Source of the DNA: Alphaproteobacteria bacterium
GTDB taxonomy: Bacteria; Pseudomonadota; Alphaproteobacteria; SHVZ01
DNA: 64,000 nucleotides
NCBI GenBank assembly: GCA_016869375.1
Contig: VGEH01000002.1
Coordinates: 2,044-66,043, forward strand
Direction of reading: 5' to 3'
The position numbers and the translations under genes are program-made. How positions within the stretch are numbered: the first letter of the stretch is position 1; the number at the start of each line of letters is the position of its first letter. Shown in pieces: positions 37,505-46,065 of this stretch. Under the pieces are notes generated by a model, which did not search any database, had not been told where the DNA came from, and was given only the letters and a program-made list of their open reading frames with translations.

Positions 37505-38209
37505 ATGGAAGTCGAGGCTCTGGTTTTCGATGTCTTCGGCACTTGCGTCGACTGGCGCGGAAGCATCATCCGGGAAGCCGCGCGATGGAGCCGGCAGCAT
37601 GCCCGCAACATCGATGGCGCCGGCCTGGCCGATGCCTGGCGCGCGGGCTACGACCCCGCGATGGAGGAGATCCGGAGCGGCCGCCGCGGCTTCACGCCGC
37701 TCGACACGCTCCATCGCGAGAACCTCAACCGCATCGCCCCGAATTTCGGCCTGTCCGGCCTCGACGAGGCCACGCTCGCCAACATAAATCGCGTCTGGCA
37801 TCGGCTCGATCCCTGGCCGGATACGGTGCCGGGCCTGCGCCGGCTCCGCGCGAAGTTCCTGCTCGCCCCGCTCTCGAACGGCGGCGTGGCGCTGCTCACC
37901 CGCATGGCCAAGCGCGCTGGGCTGCCCTGGGATCTGATCCTCTCCGGCGAGCTGTTCGAGGGCTACAAGCCCGAGTCCAAGGTCTATCTCGGCGCCGCCC
38001 GCCTCCTCGACCTGCCGTCGAGCAAGGTCATGATGGTCGCCGCGCATAACGGCGACCTCGCAGCCGCATCGAAGCTCGGATTGCGGACCGCCTTCGTCCA
38101 TCGGCCGACCGAATACGGGCCGGCACAGACGACCGATCTCGCGCCGTCGCAGAAATGGGACTACGCGGTCGACAGCATGGAGGCCTTGGCCGACACGCTC
38201 GCCTGCTAG
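37505..38209 (+). CDS. haloacid dehalogenase type II / HAD superfamily hydrolase
   Basis: 234 aa, SD gaggaga upstream. Motif I FDVFGTCVDW (Asp nucleophile), LSNG, and KP...AAHNGDLAAA. Confidence 0.8.
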   Translation: MEVEALVFDVFGTCVDWRGSIIREAARWSRQHARNIDGAGLADAWRAGYDPAMEEIRSGRRGFTPLDTLHRENLNRIAPNFGLSGLDEATLANINRVWHRLDPWPDTVPGLRRLRAKFLLAPLSNGGVALLTRMAKRAGLPWDLILSGELFEGYKPESKVYLGAARLLDLPSSKVMMVAAHNGDLAAASKLGLRTAFVHRPTEYGPAQTTDLAPSQKWDYAVDSMEALADTLAC

Positions 38210-38766
38210 GCGAGGCTGAACTCGCCGAGCGCGCGCGTGACGGCCTGGTCGACGATGTCGGCGATCGTCTTCGGATTGCTCCGGAAATCCGGCACCGGCG
38301 GCATCACCGTGGCGCCGTAGCGCGTCGCGCGCTCGATCAGCTCGATATGGCCGAGATGCAGCGGCGTCTCGCGCAGAAGCAGGACGACGCGGCGGCGTTC
38401 CTTGAGGCAGACATCGGCGGCGCGGACGACGAGGTTGTCGTCATAGGAGTTGGCGATTCCGCTCAGCGTCTTGATCGAGCAGGGCGCCACCAGCATGCCA
38501 AGCGTGCGGAACGATCCGCTCGACATCGAGGCGCCGATGTCCTTGTAGCTGTGGACGACGGAGGCGAGTTTCCGCACCTGCGCCGCCGAACGGTCCGTCT
38601 CCTCCTCGATCGTCCTGAGCGCCGAGGGAGAGACGATCAGATGGGTCTCGATCCCCGTCCCTTCGCGCAGGCGCTCGAGCGCCCGGATGCCGAAGATCGC
38701 CCCGGACGCGCCGGTGATCGCGACGATCAGGCGCGGCAGTGCGGGCGCTACTGGCTTTTTCGTCAT
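38206..38766 (-). CDS. ubiX: UbiX family flavin prenyltransferase
   Basis: 186 aa. IVAITGASGAIFGIRALE, LVAPCSIKTLSGIANSYDDNLVVRAADV, LLLRETPL. Confidence 0.88.
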   Translation of the reverse strand: MTKKPVAPALPRLIVAITGASGAIFGIRALERLREGTGIETHLIVSPSALRTIEEETDRSAAQVRKLASVVHSYKDIGASMSSGSFRTLGMLVAPCSIKTLSGIANSYDDNLVVRAADVCLKERRRVVLLLRETPLHLGHIELIERATRYGATVMPPVPDFRSNPKTIADIVDQAVTRALGEFSLA

Positions 38767-38773
38767 GCGACGC

Positions 38774-39154
38774 CTAGCCGAGTTCCTTCACCAGCTCGTC
38801 CAGCATATGGAAGGCGGTGTTGGCCGCGGGGACGCCGCAATAGATCGCCTGCTGCAAGACGATCTCCTTTAGGTCCTCAGGCGCAAAGCTGCCTTCACCC
38901 AGCGCGGCGCGTGCGTGCATCTTGAACTCGTCCCAGCGCGAGAGCGCTAGGAGCGTGCCGATCACCAGGATGCGGCGCGTGCGGATGTCGAGGCCGGGCC
39001 GCGTCCAGATCTCGCCCCAGGCATAGCGCGTGATGAGGTCCTGGAACTCGCGGGTGAGGTCGTTTGTCTTCGCCACCGAGCGGTCGACATGGGCGTTGCC
39101 GAGCACCTTGCGGCGCACGGCCATGCCGGCGGCGTGTCGTTCATTTTCATCCAT
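38774..39154 (-). CDS. pcaC: 4-carboxymuconolactone decarboxylase
   Basis: 126 aa of the carboxymuconolactone decarboxylase family (WTRPGLDIRTRRIL..., QQAIYCGVPAA). Sits in the pca operon context and overlaps the pcaB stop by 8 nt. Confidence 0.85.
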   Translation of the reverse strand: MDENERHAAGMAVRRKVLGNAHVDRSVAKTNDLTREFQDLITRYAWGEIWTRPGLDIRTRRILVIGTLLALSRWDEFKMHARAALGEGSFAPEDLKEIVLQQAIYCGVPAANTAFHMLDELVKELG

Positions 39155-40493
39155 CCTTGCTCTCCCGCGCCAGCACGCGGTCGACGAACGCCGCCGCCAT
39201 GCCGAGATAGGCTTCCGGCATCATCACCGTCTCGATGTCGATCGGACTGAGATATCGCGTCACCTGAGGATCGGCGGCGAGAACCACGTCGAGCGCCCTC
39301 TTCTCCGCGACCGCGCGGCGGCAGGCCGCTTCGACCAGCTCATGCGCCTTGGCCTTGCCGATCCGGCTCGCCAAGGTCGCCGCGACGGACTCGGCCAGCA
39401 CGAGGCCATTGGTGGCGCCGAGATTGGCCCGCATGCGCTCCGGATCGACGACGAGTCCCGACAGCGCCTCTTCCATGGCGCGCGAGGCGCCGCCGACGAG
39501 GCGCACCAGCTCGGGCAGCGTCTCCCATTCCGCCTGCCAGCCGCCGAGGCCGCGCTCATGTTCCTGCTTCATCGCGCCGAGCATGGTGGCGACGAGACCG
39601 GGCGCGCGCTCGGCCGCAGCCAGCGCGACGGAGGCCGAAACCGGGTTCCGCTTGTGCGGCATGGTCGAGGAACCGCCCTTCCCCGCCGCCGGCGCCTCAT
39701 AGGCCTCGCCGATCTCGGTCTGTCCCATCAGCGCCAGGTCATGCGCGATCTTGCCGAGCGTGCCCGCAACGATGCCGAGCGCCGCGGCGATGCCGGCGAG
39801 CCTGTCGCGCTGGCTGTGCCAGGGCATGTCCGGCACCGGAAGCTCGAGGCGCTTGCCGAGCTCCTCCGAGAGATCGAGGCCTTCCATGCCGAGCGATGCC
39901 AAGGTGCCGGAGGCGCCGCCGAACTGGAGCACGCAGGCCGAGCCGAGCTCGGAGGCGAGCCGCGCAAAGACGCGGCGAAGCGCCGAGACCCAGCCCGCCG
40001 CCTTGAGGCCGAAGGTGACCGGCACCGCCTGCTGCATCCAAGTGCGGCCCGCCATCGGCGTCGTCGCGTGCTTGCGCGCGAGATCCGCCGCCGCTTCCGC
40101 GGCACGATCGAGATGCTTTAGGATCAGCGGCACCGCGCGGCGAAGCTGAAGCACGAGCCCGGTGTCGATGATGTCCTGGCTGGTCGCGCCGACATGGACG
40201 AAGCGCGCGGCATCGGCATCGGTCGAGGCCACCTGCTTCGTCATCATGCGAACCAGCGGGATGAGTGCATTGCCGGCTCTCGCCGCCTCCTCGGCGAGCG
40301 CGTCGAGATCGTAGAGCGAGGCCTCGCCCGCGGCCTGGATCGCCGGCAGCGCCTCCCGCGGCACGAGGCCGATCTCGTGCGCCGCCTCGGCAAGCGCGAC
40401 CTCGACATCGAGCATCGCCTGCGCCCGCGCTGCGTCGGAAAGCGCGCTCTCGACCTCGGGATCGCCGAACAGACGCGCGTGAAGCTTGCTCAC
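39147..40493 (-). CDS. pcaB: 3-carboxy-cis,cis-muconate cycloisomerase
   Basis: GTG start (cac 40491-40493) giving VSKLHARLFGDPEVE. Fumarate-lyase superfamily signature GSSTMPHKRNP. GTGA overlap with the pcaG stop. Confidence 0.88.
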   Translation of the reverse strand: MSKLHARLFGDPEVESALSDAARAQAMLDVEVALAEAAHEIGLVPREALPAIQAAGEASLYDLDALAEEAARAGNALIPLVRMMTKQVASTDADAARFVHVGATSQDIIDTGLVLQLRRAVPLILKHLDRAAEAAADLARKHATTPMAGRTWMQQAVPVTFGLKAAGWVSALRRVFARLASELGSACVLQFGGASGTLASLGMEGLDLSEELGKRLELPVPDMPWHSQRDRLAGIAAALGIVAGTLGKIAHDLALMGQTEIGEAYEAPAAGKGGSSTMPHKRNPVSASVALAAAERAPGLVATMLGAMKQEHERGLGGWQAEWETLPELVRLVGGASRAMEEALSGLVVDPERMRANLGATNGLVLAESVAATLASRIGKAKAHELVEAACRRAVAEKRALDVVLAADPQVTRYLSPIDIETVMMPEAYLGMAAAFVDRVLARESKDG

Positions 40494-41044
40494 GGTGCGA
40501 AGAAGACCGTCTCGCCTTCGCCCTGCAGGACGAGGTCGAAGCGGTAGCGGCCCTCGCCAATGCGCCTGGCGACCAGGGTCTTCACGCGCGCCGAGGGCAC
40601 GCATTCGAGGATCGGGTCCTGGTCGTTCGCAGCCTCATCGTCGAAATAGATCCGCGACACCAGCCGCGTCAGCAATCCGCGCGCGAAGACACCGACGACG
40701 AGATGCGGTGCCTGCTGGCGGTTGCCGGGTCCCGGCACCGCTCCGGGCTTGACCGTGGTCAGCGTGAACTTGCCGTCAGGATCGGTGGCCGTGCGGCGGA
40801 AGCCATCGAAAGGCTTATCGCTCGCGGCGCGCCCATCCTCGGGATGGCGATAGCGCCCGGCCGGATCCGCCTGCCAGGTCTCGATCAGCGCATCCGGCAC
40901 TGGCGCGCCGGCGCCGTCCTTGACCACGCCCTCGACGACGATGCGGGTTCCGTCGCTCGCGCCGACCGGCTGGTCGCAGCCGTCGAAGACGAGGCCGAAG
41001 CGGAAGAACGGACCGACGGTCTGGAACGGTGTCGCCCCGCTCAT
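40490..41044 (-). CDS. pcaG: protocatechuate 3,4-dioxygenase alpha subunit
   Basis: 184 aa from MSGATPFQTVGPFF (cat 41042-41044). ETWQADPAGRYRH. ATGA overlap with pcaH. Confidence 0.88.
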   Translation of the reverse strand: MSGATPFQTVGPFFRFGLVFDGCDQPVGASDGTRIVVEGVVKDGAGAPVPDALIETWQADPAGRYRHPEDGRAASDKPFDGFRRTATDPDGKFTLTTVKPGAVPGPGNRQQAPHLVVGVFARGLLTRLVSRIYFDDEAANDQDPILECVPSARVKTLVARRIGEGRYRFDLVLQGEGETVFFAP

Positions 41045-41751
41045 GCCTCGGCCTCCGTCGGGGTCGCGTTTCGGCCGCGCAAGATGATGTCGAAGCGATA
41101 GCCCAAAGCCCATTCCGGCTTGGTCAGCGCGAAGTCGAAGCTGGAGACCATGCGCTCTCGCGCCGCCTCGTCGCTGAGCGAGTTGAAGATCGGATCGTGC
41201 TTCAGCAGCGGATCGCCCGGAAAGTACATCTGGGTGATGAGCCGCGTAAGGAAGCTCGGGCCGAACAGCGAGAAGTGCAGATGTGCCGGCCGCCACGCAT
41301 TGGCGTGGTTGCGCCAGGGATAGGCACCGGGCTTGATCGTGACGAAGCGATAGCGGCCCTCGGCATCGGTGACGGCGCGCCCGGCTCCCGAAAAGTTCGG
41401 GTCGAGCGGCGCGTCGTGCTGGTCGGCATCGTGTCGGTAGCGGCCGGCAGCGTTCGCCTGCCACAGCTCGACCAGCGTGTTCGCTACCGCCTTGCCGTCC
41501 TCGTCCAGCACCCTGCCTTCGACGATGATGCGCTCACCCTGGGCAGGCGCCGCGTGCTGCATGGTCAGGTCGATCTCGACCGGCCCGAAACGGTCGAAGC
41601 CGGAGACCGGCCCGGTGATCTCCGACAAGGTCTGCGGAATGGAGACCGGCGCCTCCTTCGGATGGCGGAGCTTGCTCGATCCGTACTCGGCGAAGTCGTT
41701 CGGCGGATGCGTTCCCTTCGGGATCGGTCGGTAGCGTCTCAAGCCGGTCAT
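41041..41751 (-). CDS. pcaH: protocatechuate 3,4-dioxygenase beta subunit
   Basis: 236 aa. ELWQANAAGRYRH, AYPWRNHANAWRPAHLHFSLFG (the Fe ligands of the intradiol dioxygenase). Confidence 0.9.
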   Translation of the reverse strand: MTGLRRYRPIPKGTHPPNDFAEYGSSKLRHPKEAPVSIPQTLSEITGPVSGFDRFGPVEIDLTMQHAAPAQGERIIVEGRVLDEDGKAVANTLVELWQANAAGRYRHDADQHDAPLDPNFSGAGRAVTDAEGRYRFVTIKPGAYPWRNHANAWRPAHLHFSLFGPSFLTRLITQMYFPGDPLLKHDPIFNSLSDEAARERMVSSFDFALTKPEWALGYRFDIILRGRNATPTEAEA

Positions 41752-41881
41752 AACCTCGGGTCCTTAGGTCCGTTCGCGCCACATGTTAGCAGCCCGTCCG
41801 CGCTTTGCGCCCGGCAATTGCCGGCCCCCTGAGCCCATGGCAGGGTGGCCGCCTTCCACCCTTTCTCCAGCGAGTACGTTC

Positions 41882-42979
41882 ATGGCCGAGACGACGCGGT
41901 ATCACCGGATCGCGCCCGCCAACCTCAAGCGGGCGATCATGCGGGTCTTCCAGCAGGTCGGCAGCAATGAGCGCGAGCAACAGCTGACTGCCGACCACCT
42001 CGTCGCCGCCAACCTGACCGGGCACGACTCGCATGGCGTCGGCATGATCCCGGCCTACCTCCAGGCCTGGCGGGAGAAGAAGCTGACGATCAACGGCAAG
42101 CATACGATCGTCGTCGATTCCGGCCCGATCCTGACCGTCGATGGCGGCCTCGGCCTGGGACAGGTCATCGCCTATGACGCGATGAACCTCGCCATGGAGC
42201 GGGCGAAACATGTCGGCGTCTGCATGCTCGGCATCCGCAATGCGCATCACACCGGGCGCATCGGGCACTGGGCCGAGCAATGCGCCGCCAGCGGATTCGT
42301 CTCGATGCACTACGTCGCGGGCTTCGCCGGCGTCACCAGCGTGGCGCCCTTCGGCGGGCGCGAGACGCGCTTCCAGACCAACCCCTACTCCGCCGGCTTC
42401 CCGCTCCCGGGCCGGCCGCCGATCATCCTCGACTTCGCGACATCGAAGATCGCCATGGGCAAGGTCCGCGTCGCCCTCAACAAGGGCGATAAGGTGCCCG
42501 AGAACACGATGATCGACGCCGAGGGCAAGCCGTCGCGCGATCCGGCGGTGATGTATGCGCCTCCCGGCAAGCGCGGCGCCCTCTTCACCTTCGGCGAGCA
42601 CAAGGGCTCGGGCCTGGCGATGATCTGCGAGCTCTTCGCCGGCGCGCTCACCGGCGGCGGCACCACCTATCTCGGCAACTACGAGAACCGGCCGATCATG
42701 AACTCGATGCTGTCGATCATCGTCGAGCCGTCGCGGCTGGGCGGCGGCGAAAAGGTCGGCAGCGAGGCCAACCGCTTCGTCGACTGGGTCAAGTCGTCCA
42801 AGCCGCTGCCCGGCGTCGACGAAGTGCTGGTCGCCGGCGAGCCAGAGCGCAAGCGCCGCGCCGAGCGCGAGCGCGACGGCATTCCGGTCGACGTCAACAC
42901 CTGGGACGGCGTCGCAGAGGCCGCCGAACAGGTCGGCCTCAAGCGCACCGAGCTCGACAAGGCCGCGAGCCTCGTCTGA
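41882..42979 (+). CDS. Ldh_2 family (malate/L-lactate dehydrogenase type 2) oxidoreductase
   Basis: Start MAETTRYHRI (ATG 41882). LTGHDSHGVGMIPAY, NAHHTGRIG, FGEHKGSGLAM. Confidence 0.85.
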   Translation: MAETTRYHRIAPANLKRAIMRVFQQVGSNEREQQLTADHLVAANLTGHDSHGVGMIPAYLQAWREKKLTINGKHTIVVDSGPILTVDGGLGLGQVIAYDAMNLAMERAKHVGVCMLGIRNAHHTGRIGHWAEQCAASGFVSMHYVAGFAGVTSVAPFGGRETRFQTNPYSAGFPLPGRPPIILDFATSKIAMGKVRVALNKGDKVPENTMIDAEGKPSRDPAVMYAPPGKRGALFTFGEHKGSGLAMICELFAGALTGGGTTYLGNYENRPIMNSMLSIIVEPSRLGGGEKVGSEANRFVDWVKSSKPLPGVDEVLVAGEPERKRRAERERDGIPVDVNTWDGVAEAAEQVGLKRTELDKAASLV

Positions 42980-44472
42980 TGGCCACGCTCGCCCTCTCCT
43001 GGTCCGAGTGGAGCGCGCTCGACGCGATCGCGCTCGGCAAGCGCGTGCGCAGCGGCGAGATCTCCAAGGCGGAGGTCTTGCGGCAGGCGGCGGCAGGGAT
43101 CGCCGCGCTCAATCCGAAGCTGCGGGCGGTGCTGGAGGTCTTCGAGGACGTCGTCACCAATCCTGACACGGACGGTCCCAATCGCGACGGCTCGTTCTAC
43201 GGCGTGCCGATGCTGCTCAAGGACGTGCTGTCCGGCCTCAAGGGGCGCAAGCTTGAGAACGGCTCGCGGCAGTTCCGCGGAAACGTCGCGCAGGTGACGG
43301 ACCCGCTGATCGAGAATTATCTCGGCATGGGCCTGGTGCCGATCGGTCGCTCGACGACGCCGGAGTTCGGCTGGACCTTCGACACGACAACCGACTATCT
43401 CGACGAGCTCATCGTCACGCGCAGCCCCTGGAATCTCGAGCGCACGCCGGGCGGATCCTCCGGCGGATCGTCGGCGATGGTCTCGGCCGGCGTTCTGCCG
43501 ATCAGCATGGCTTCGGATGGCGGCGGCTCGATTCGCATCCCGGCTTCGTTCTGCGGGCTGATCGGACACAAGCCGTCGCGCGGGCTCGTGCCACGGAACC
43601 TCGGCTCCAGCGAGTACATGACCCGCCATGTCTATGAAGGCGTGGTGACGCGGACGGTGCGCGACACCGCGCTTGCCCTGGACGGTCTCTCCAAGGGCCC
43701 GGAAGGCGGCTTCTTCATCCGGGCAACGCCTGCCGTTCCCTCCTTCCTCGGCGCCCTCGCGGAGACGCCGAGGGGCTGGCGGATCGGCTTCTCCTGCGGC
43801 CCCTGGGGCGTCGCCGCGCCGGTCGACCCTGTCGTGATCGAGCGCCTCCGCGAAGTCGCACGGACGCTCGAAGGACTGGGTCACACGGTCGAGGAAGTGA
43901 AGGACGCCGATCTTTGCGACTTCGCTGTCCTGAGGCGCGGTTACAGCACCCATCAACGCGCCGTCCGCCGCGGCCAGTTCGAGGCGGCGCAGAAGCAAGG
44001 CAAGAGCCTTGAGGACCTGCGCAAGCTGATGTCGCCGACCTATTACCAGCACCTGCTCTCCTCGCAGAACACGACGCTGTTCGACCTGCAGCAGGCCTTC
44101 GCCGACAACAACACCTCGATCCGCAGCTTCGGCCGCGCCATGGCGAAGTACGACGCGCTGCTGACGCCGACCCTGTCGATCCGCGTGCCCAAGGCCAACG
44201 GCCCCTACTCGCCCTATAGCGAAGAGTCGTTCGAGCCCTGGTTCGAGCGCCTCTATGACGCGGCACGCTTCACCTTCCCCGGCAACGAGACCGGCATGCC
44301 GTCGGTGTCGGTCCCGGCCGGCCTCGATGACGAGGGCATGCCGATCGGCGCGCTTTTTCACGGCAAGTACGGCCGCGACGACATGGTGCTCCGCCTCGCG
44401 GCCCAGCTCGAAGCAACAAGGCCCGAATGGTTCTCGCCGCGGCCGAAGCACCACATCGCCGCCGGCGTCTGA
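42979..44472 (+). CDS. amidase signature family enzyme (paralog 1)
   Basis: 497 aa. TPGGSSGGSSAMVSAGVLPISMASDGGGSIRIPAS. The ATG shares one base with the upstream TGA. Confidence 0.88.
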   Translation: MATLALSWSEWSALDAIALGKRVRSGEISKAEVLRQAAAGIAALNPKLRAVLEVFEDVVTNPDTDGPNRDGSFYGVPMLLKDVLSGLKGRKLENGSRQFRGNVAQVTDPLIENYLGMGLVPIGRSTTPEFGWTFDTTTDYLDELIVTRSPWNLERTPGGSSGGSSAMVSAGVLPISMASDGGGSIRIPASFCGLIGHKPSRGLVPRNLGSSEYMTRHVYEGVVTRTVRDTALALDGLSKGPEGGFFIRATPAVPSFLGALAETPRGWRIGFSCGPWGVAAPVDPVVIERLREVARTLEGLGHTVEEVKDADLCDFAVLRRGYSTHQRAVRRGQFEAAQKQGKSLEDLRKLMSPTYYQHLLSSQNTTLFDLQQAFADNNTSIRSFGRAMAKYDALLTPTLSIRVPKANGPYSPYSEESFEPWFERLYDAARFTFPGNETGMPSVSVPAGLDDEGMPIGALFHGKYGRDDMVLRLAAQLEATRPEWFSPRPKHHIAAGV

Positions 44473-44555
44473 GGGTTTCAGTCCCGCCCGCCTTCGCTTG
44501 ACGGGCGGAGCCCGCGCTCGCCACGCTTGCCTCGGGAAATCCTGGAGGGAACGCG

Positions 44556-46058
44556 ATGGCGAAGCAGGCTCTGTCGTGGTCGGAATGGGCGTCGACCGAT
44601 GCGCTGGGGCTCGCCGAGCTCGTGCGCCAAAAGAAGATCACGCCCAAGGAGGTCGCGGCCCAGGCCAAGGCCGGCATCGAGGCGGCGAACCCGGCGCTCG
44701 AAGCGGTGCTCGAGATCTTCGAGGACGTCGTCGCCGATCCGGATCACGACAAGCCGTCCAAGGACGGCGCCTTCTACGGCGTGCCGCTTCTGCTGAAGGA
44801 CATCGGCTCCGGCCTCAAGGGCCGCAAGCAGGAGTCGGGCACCAAGCTGCTGCGCGACTTCGTCGTCGCCGAGACCGATCCGCTGGTCGAGAACTTCCTG
44901 AAAGGCGGGCTCATCCCGATCGGGCGCTCGACCACGCCGGAATTCGGCATGACCTTCGACACCACGACGCATTATCTCGACAAGGTCATCACTACGCGTA
45001 ACCCCTGGAACCTGAAGCACACGCCCGGCGGCTCCTCCGGCGGCTCGGCGGCGATGGTCTCGGCCGGCGTGCTCCCGATCAGCATGGCCTCCGACGGCGG
45101 CGGCTCGACCCGAATCCCGGCCTCCTATTGCGGCCTCGTCGGGCTCAAGTCGTCACGTGGCCTCGTCGCGCGCCAGCTCACCGGCAGCGACTACTCGGCC
45201 CGCCACGTCAATGAAGGCGTGGTGACGCGCAGCGTGCGCGACACCGCCGCGGCGCTGGATGCGATCAGGCAAGGGCCGCAGGGCGGCTTCTTCGTGCGGC
45301 TGACGCCGGCGGTGCCTTCCTTCCTCGACTGCCTCAAGGACGTGCCGAAGGGCTGGAAGATCGGTCTCTCAACCGGCCCCTGGGGCCGTTCGACGCCGGT
45401 CGACAGCCAAGTCGCGGCACGTATCAAGGAAGTCGGCAAGCTGCTCGAATCCCTCGGCCACACGGTCGAGGAGGTGAAGGACGAGCAGGTCTGCGACTGG
45501 CAGGCGATGTGGCGCGGCTACATGACGCACTGGATCACGAGCCGCATGGCGCATCAGGGCCTGGCGCGCAGCCGCAACGTCGATCCCTCGCGCATCAAGG
45601 ACTTCATGGTGCCGATGGTCTGGCGCCATTTCGAGGCGGCGCAGACCTACAAGCTCGTCGACCTCATGAACGCGATGAACGACAACAACTCGGTCACGCG
45701 CAGCTTCGGCAAGCTCATGGACAAGTACGACATGCTGCTGACGCCGACGCTCGCGATCCGCGTGCCCGAGGCCAACGGCCCCTACTCGCTGCTGCGTGAC
45801 GAGCCGCTCGAGACCTGGATGAACCGGCTCGCCGATGCCTGCCGCTTCACCATGCCGGGCAACGAGACCGGCGTGCCGGCGATCTCGGTGCCGGCCGGCC
45901 TCGACAATGAAGGCCTGCCGATCGGCGCCCAGCTCCACGGCAAGTTCGGCCGCGACGACATGGTCCTCCAGCTCGCCGCGCAGATCGAGGCGGCAAAGCC
46001 GGACTGGTTCACCGCGCGACCGAAGAACCACATCGCCGCGGGCACGTGGAAGGTGTGA
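44556..46058 (+). CDS. amidase signature family enzyme (paralog 2)
   Basis: 500 aa, SD ggaggga at 44544-44550. TPGGSSGGSAAMVSAGVLPISMASDGGGSTRIPAS. Colinear with paralog 1. Confidence 0.88.
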   Translation: MAKQALSWSEWASTDALGLAELVRQKKITPKEVAAQAKAGIEAANPALEAVLEIFEDVVADPDHDKPSKDGAFYGVPLLLKDIGSGLKGRKQESGTKLLRDFVVAETDPLVENFLKGGLIPIGRSTTPEFGMTFDTTTHYLDKVITTRNPWNLKHTPGGSSGGSAAMVSAGVLPISMASDGGGSTRIPASYCGLVGLKSSRGLVARQLTGSDYSARHVNEGVVTRSVRDTAAALDAIRQGPQGGFFVRLTPAVPSFLDCLKDVPKGWKIGLSTGPWGRSTPVDSQVAARIKEVGKLLESLGHTVEEVKDEQVCDWQAMWRGYMTHWITSRMAHQGLARSRNVDPSRIKDFMVPMVWRHFEAAQTYKLVDLMNAMNDNNSVTRSFGKLMDKYDMLLTPTLAIRVPEANGPYSLLRDEPLETWMNRLADACRFTMPGNETGVPAISVPAGLDNEGLPIGAQLHGKFGRDDMVLQLAAQIEAAKPDWFTARPKNHIAAGTWKV

Positions 46059-46065
46059 GGCTCCG

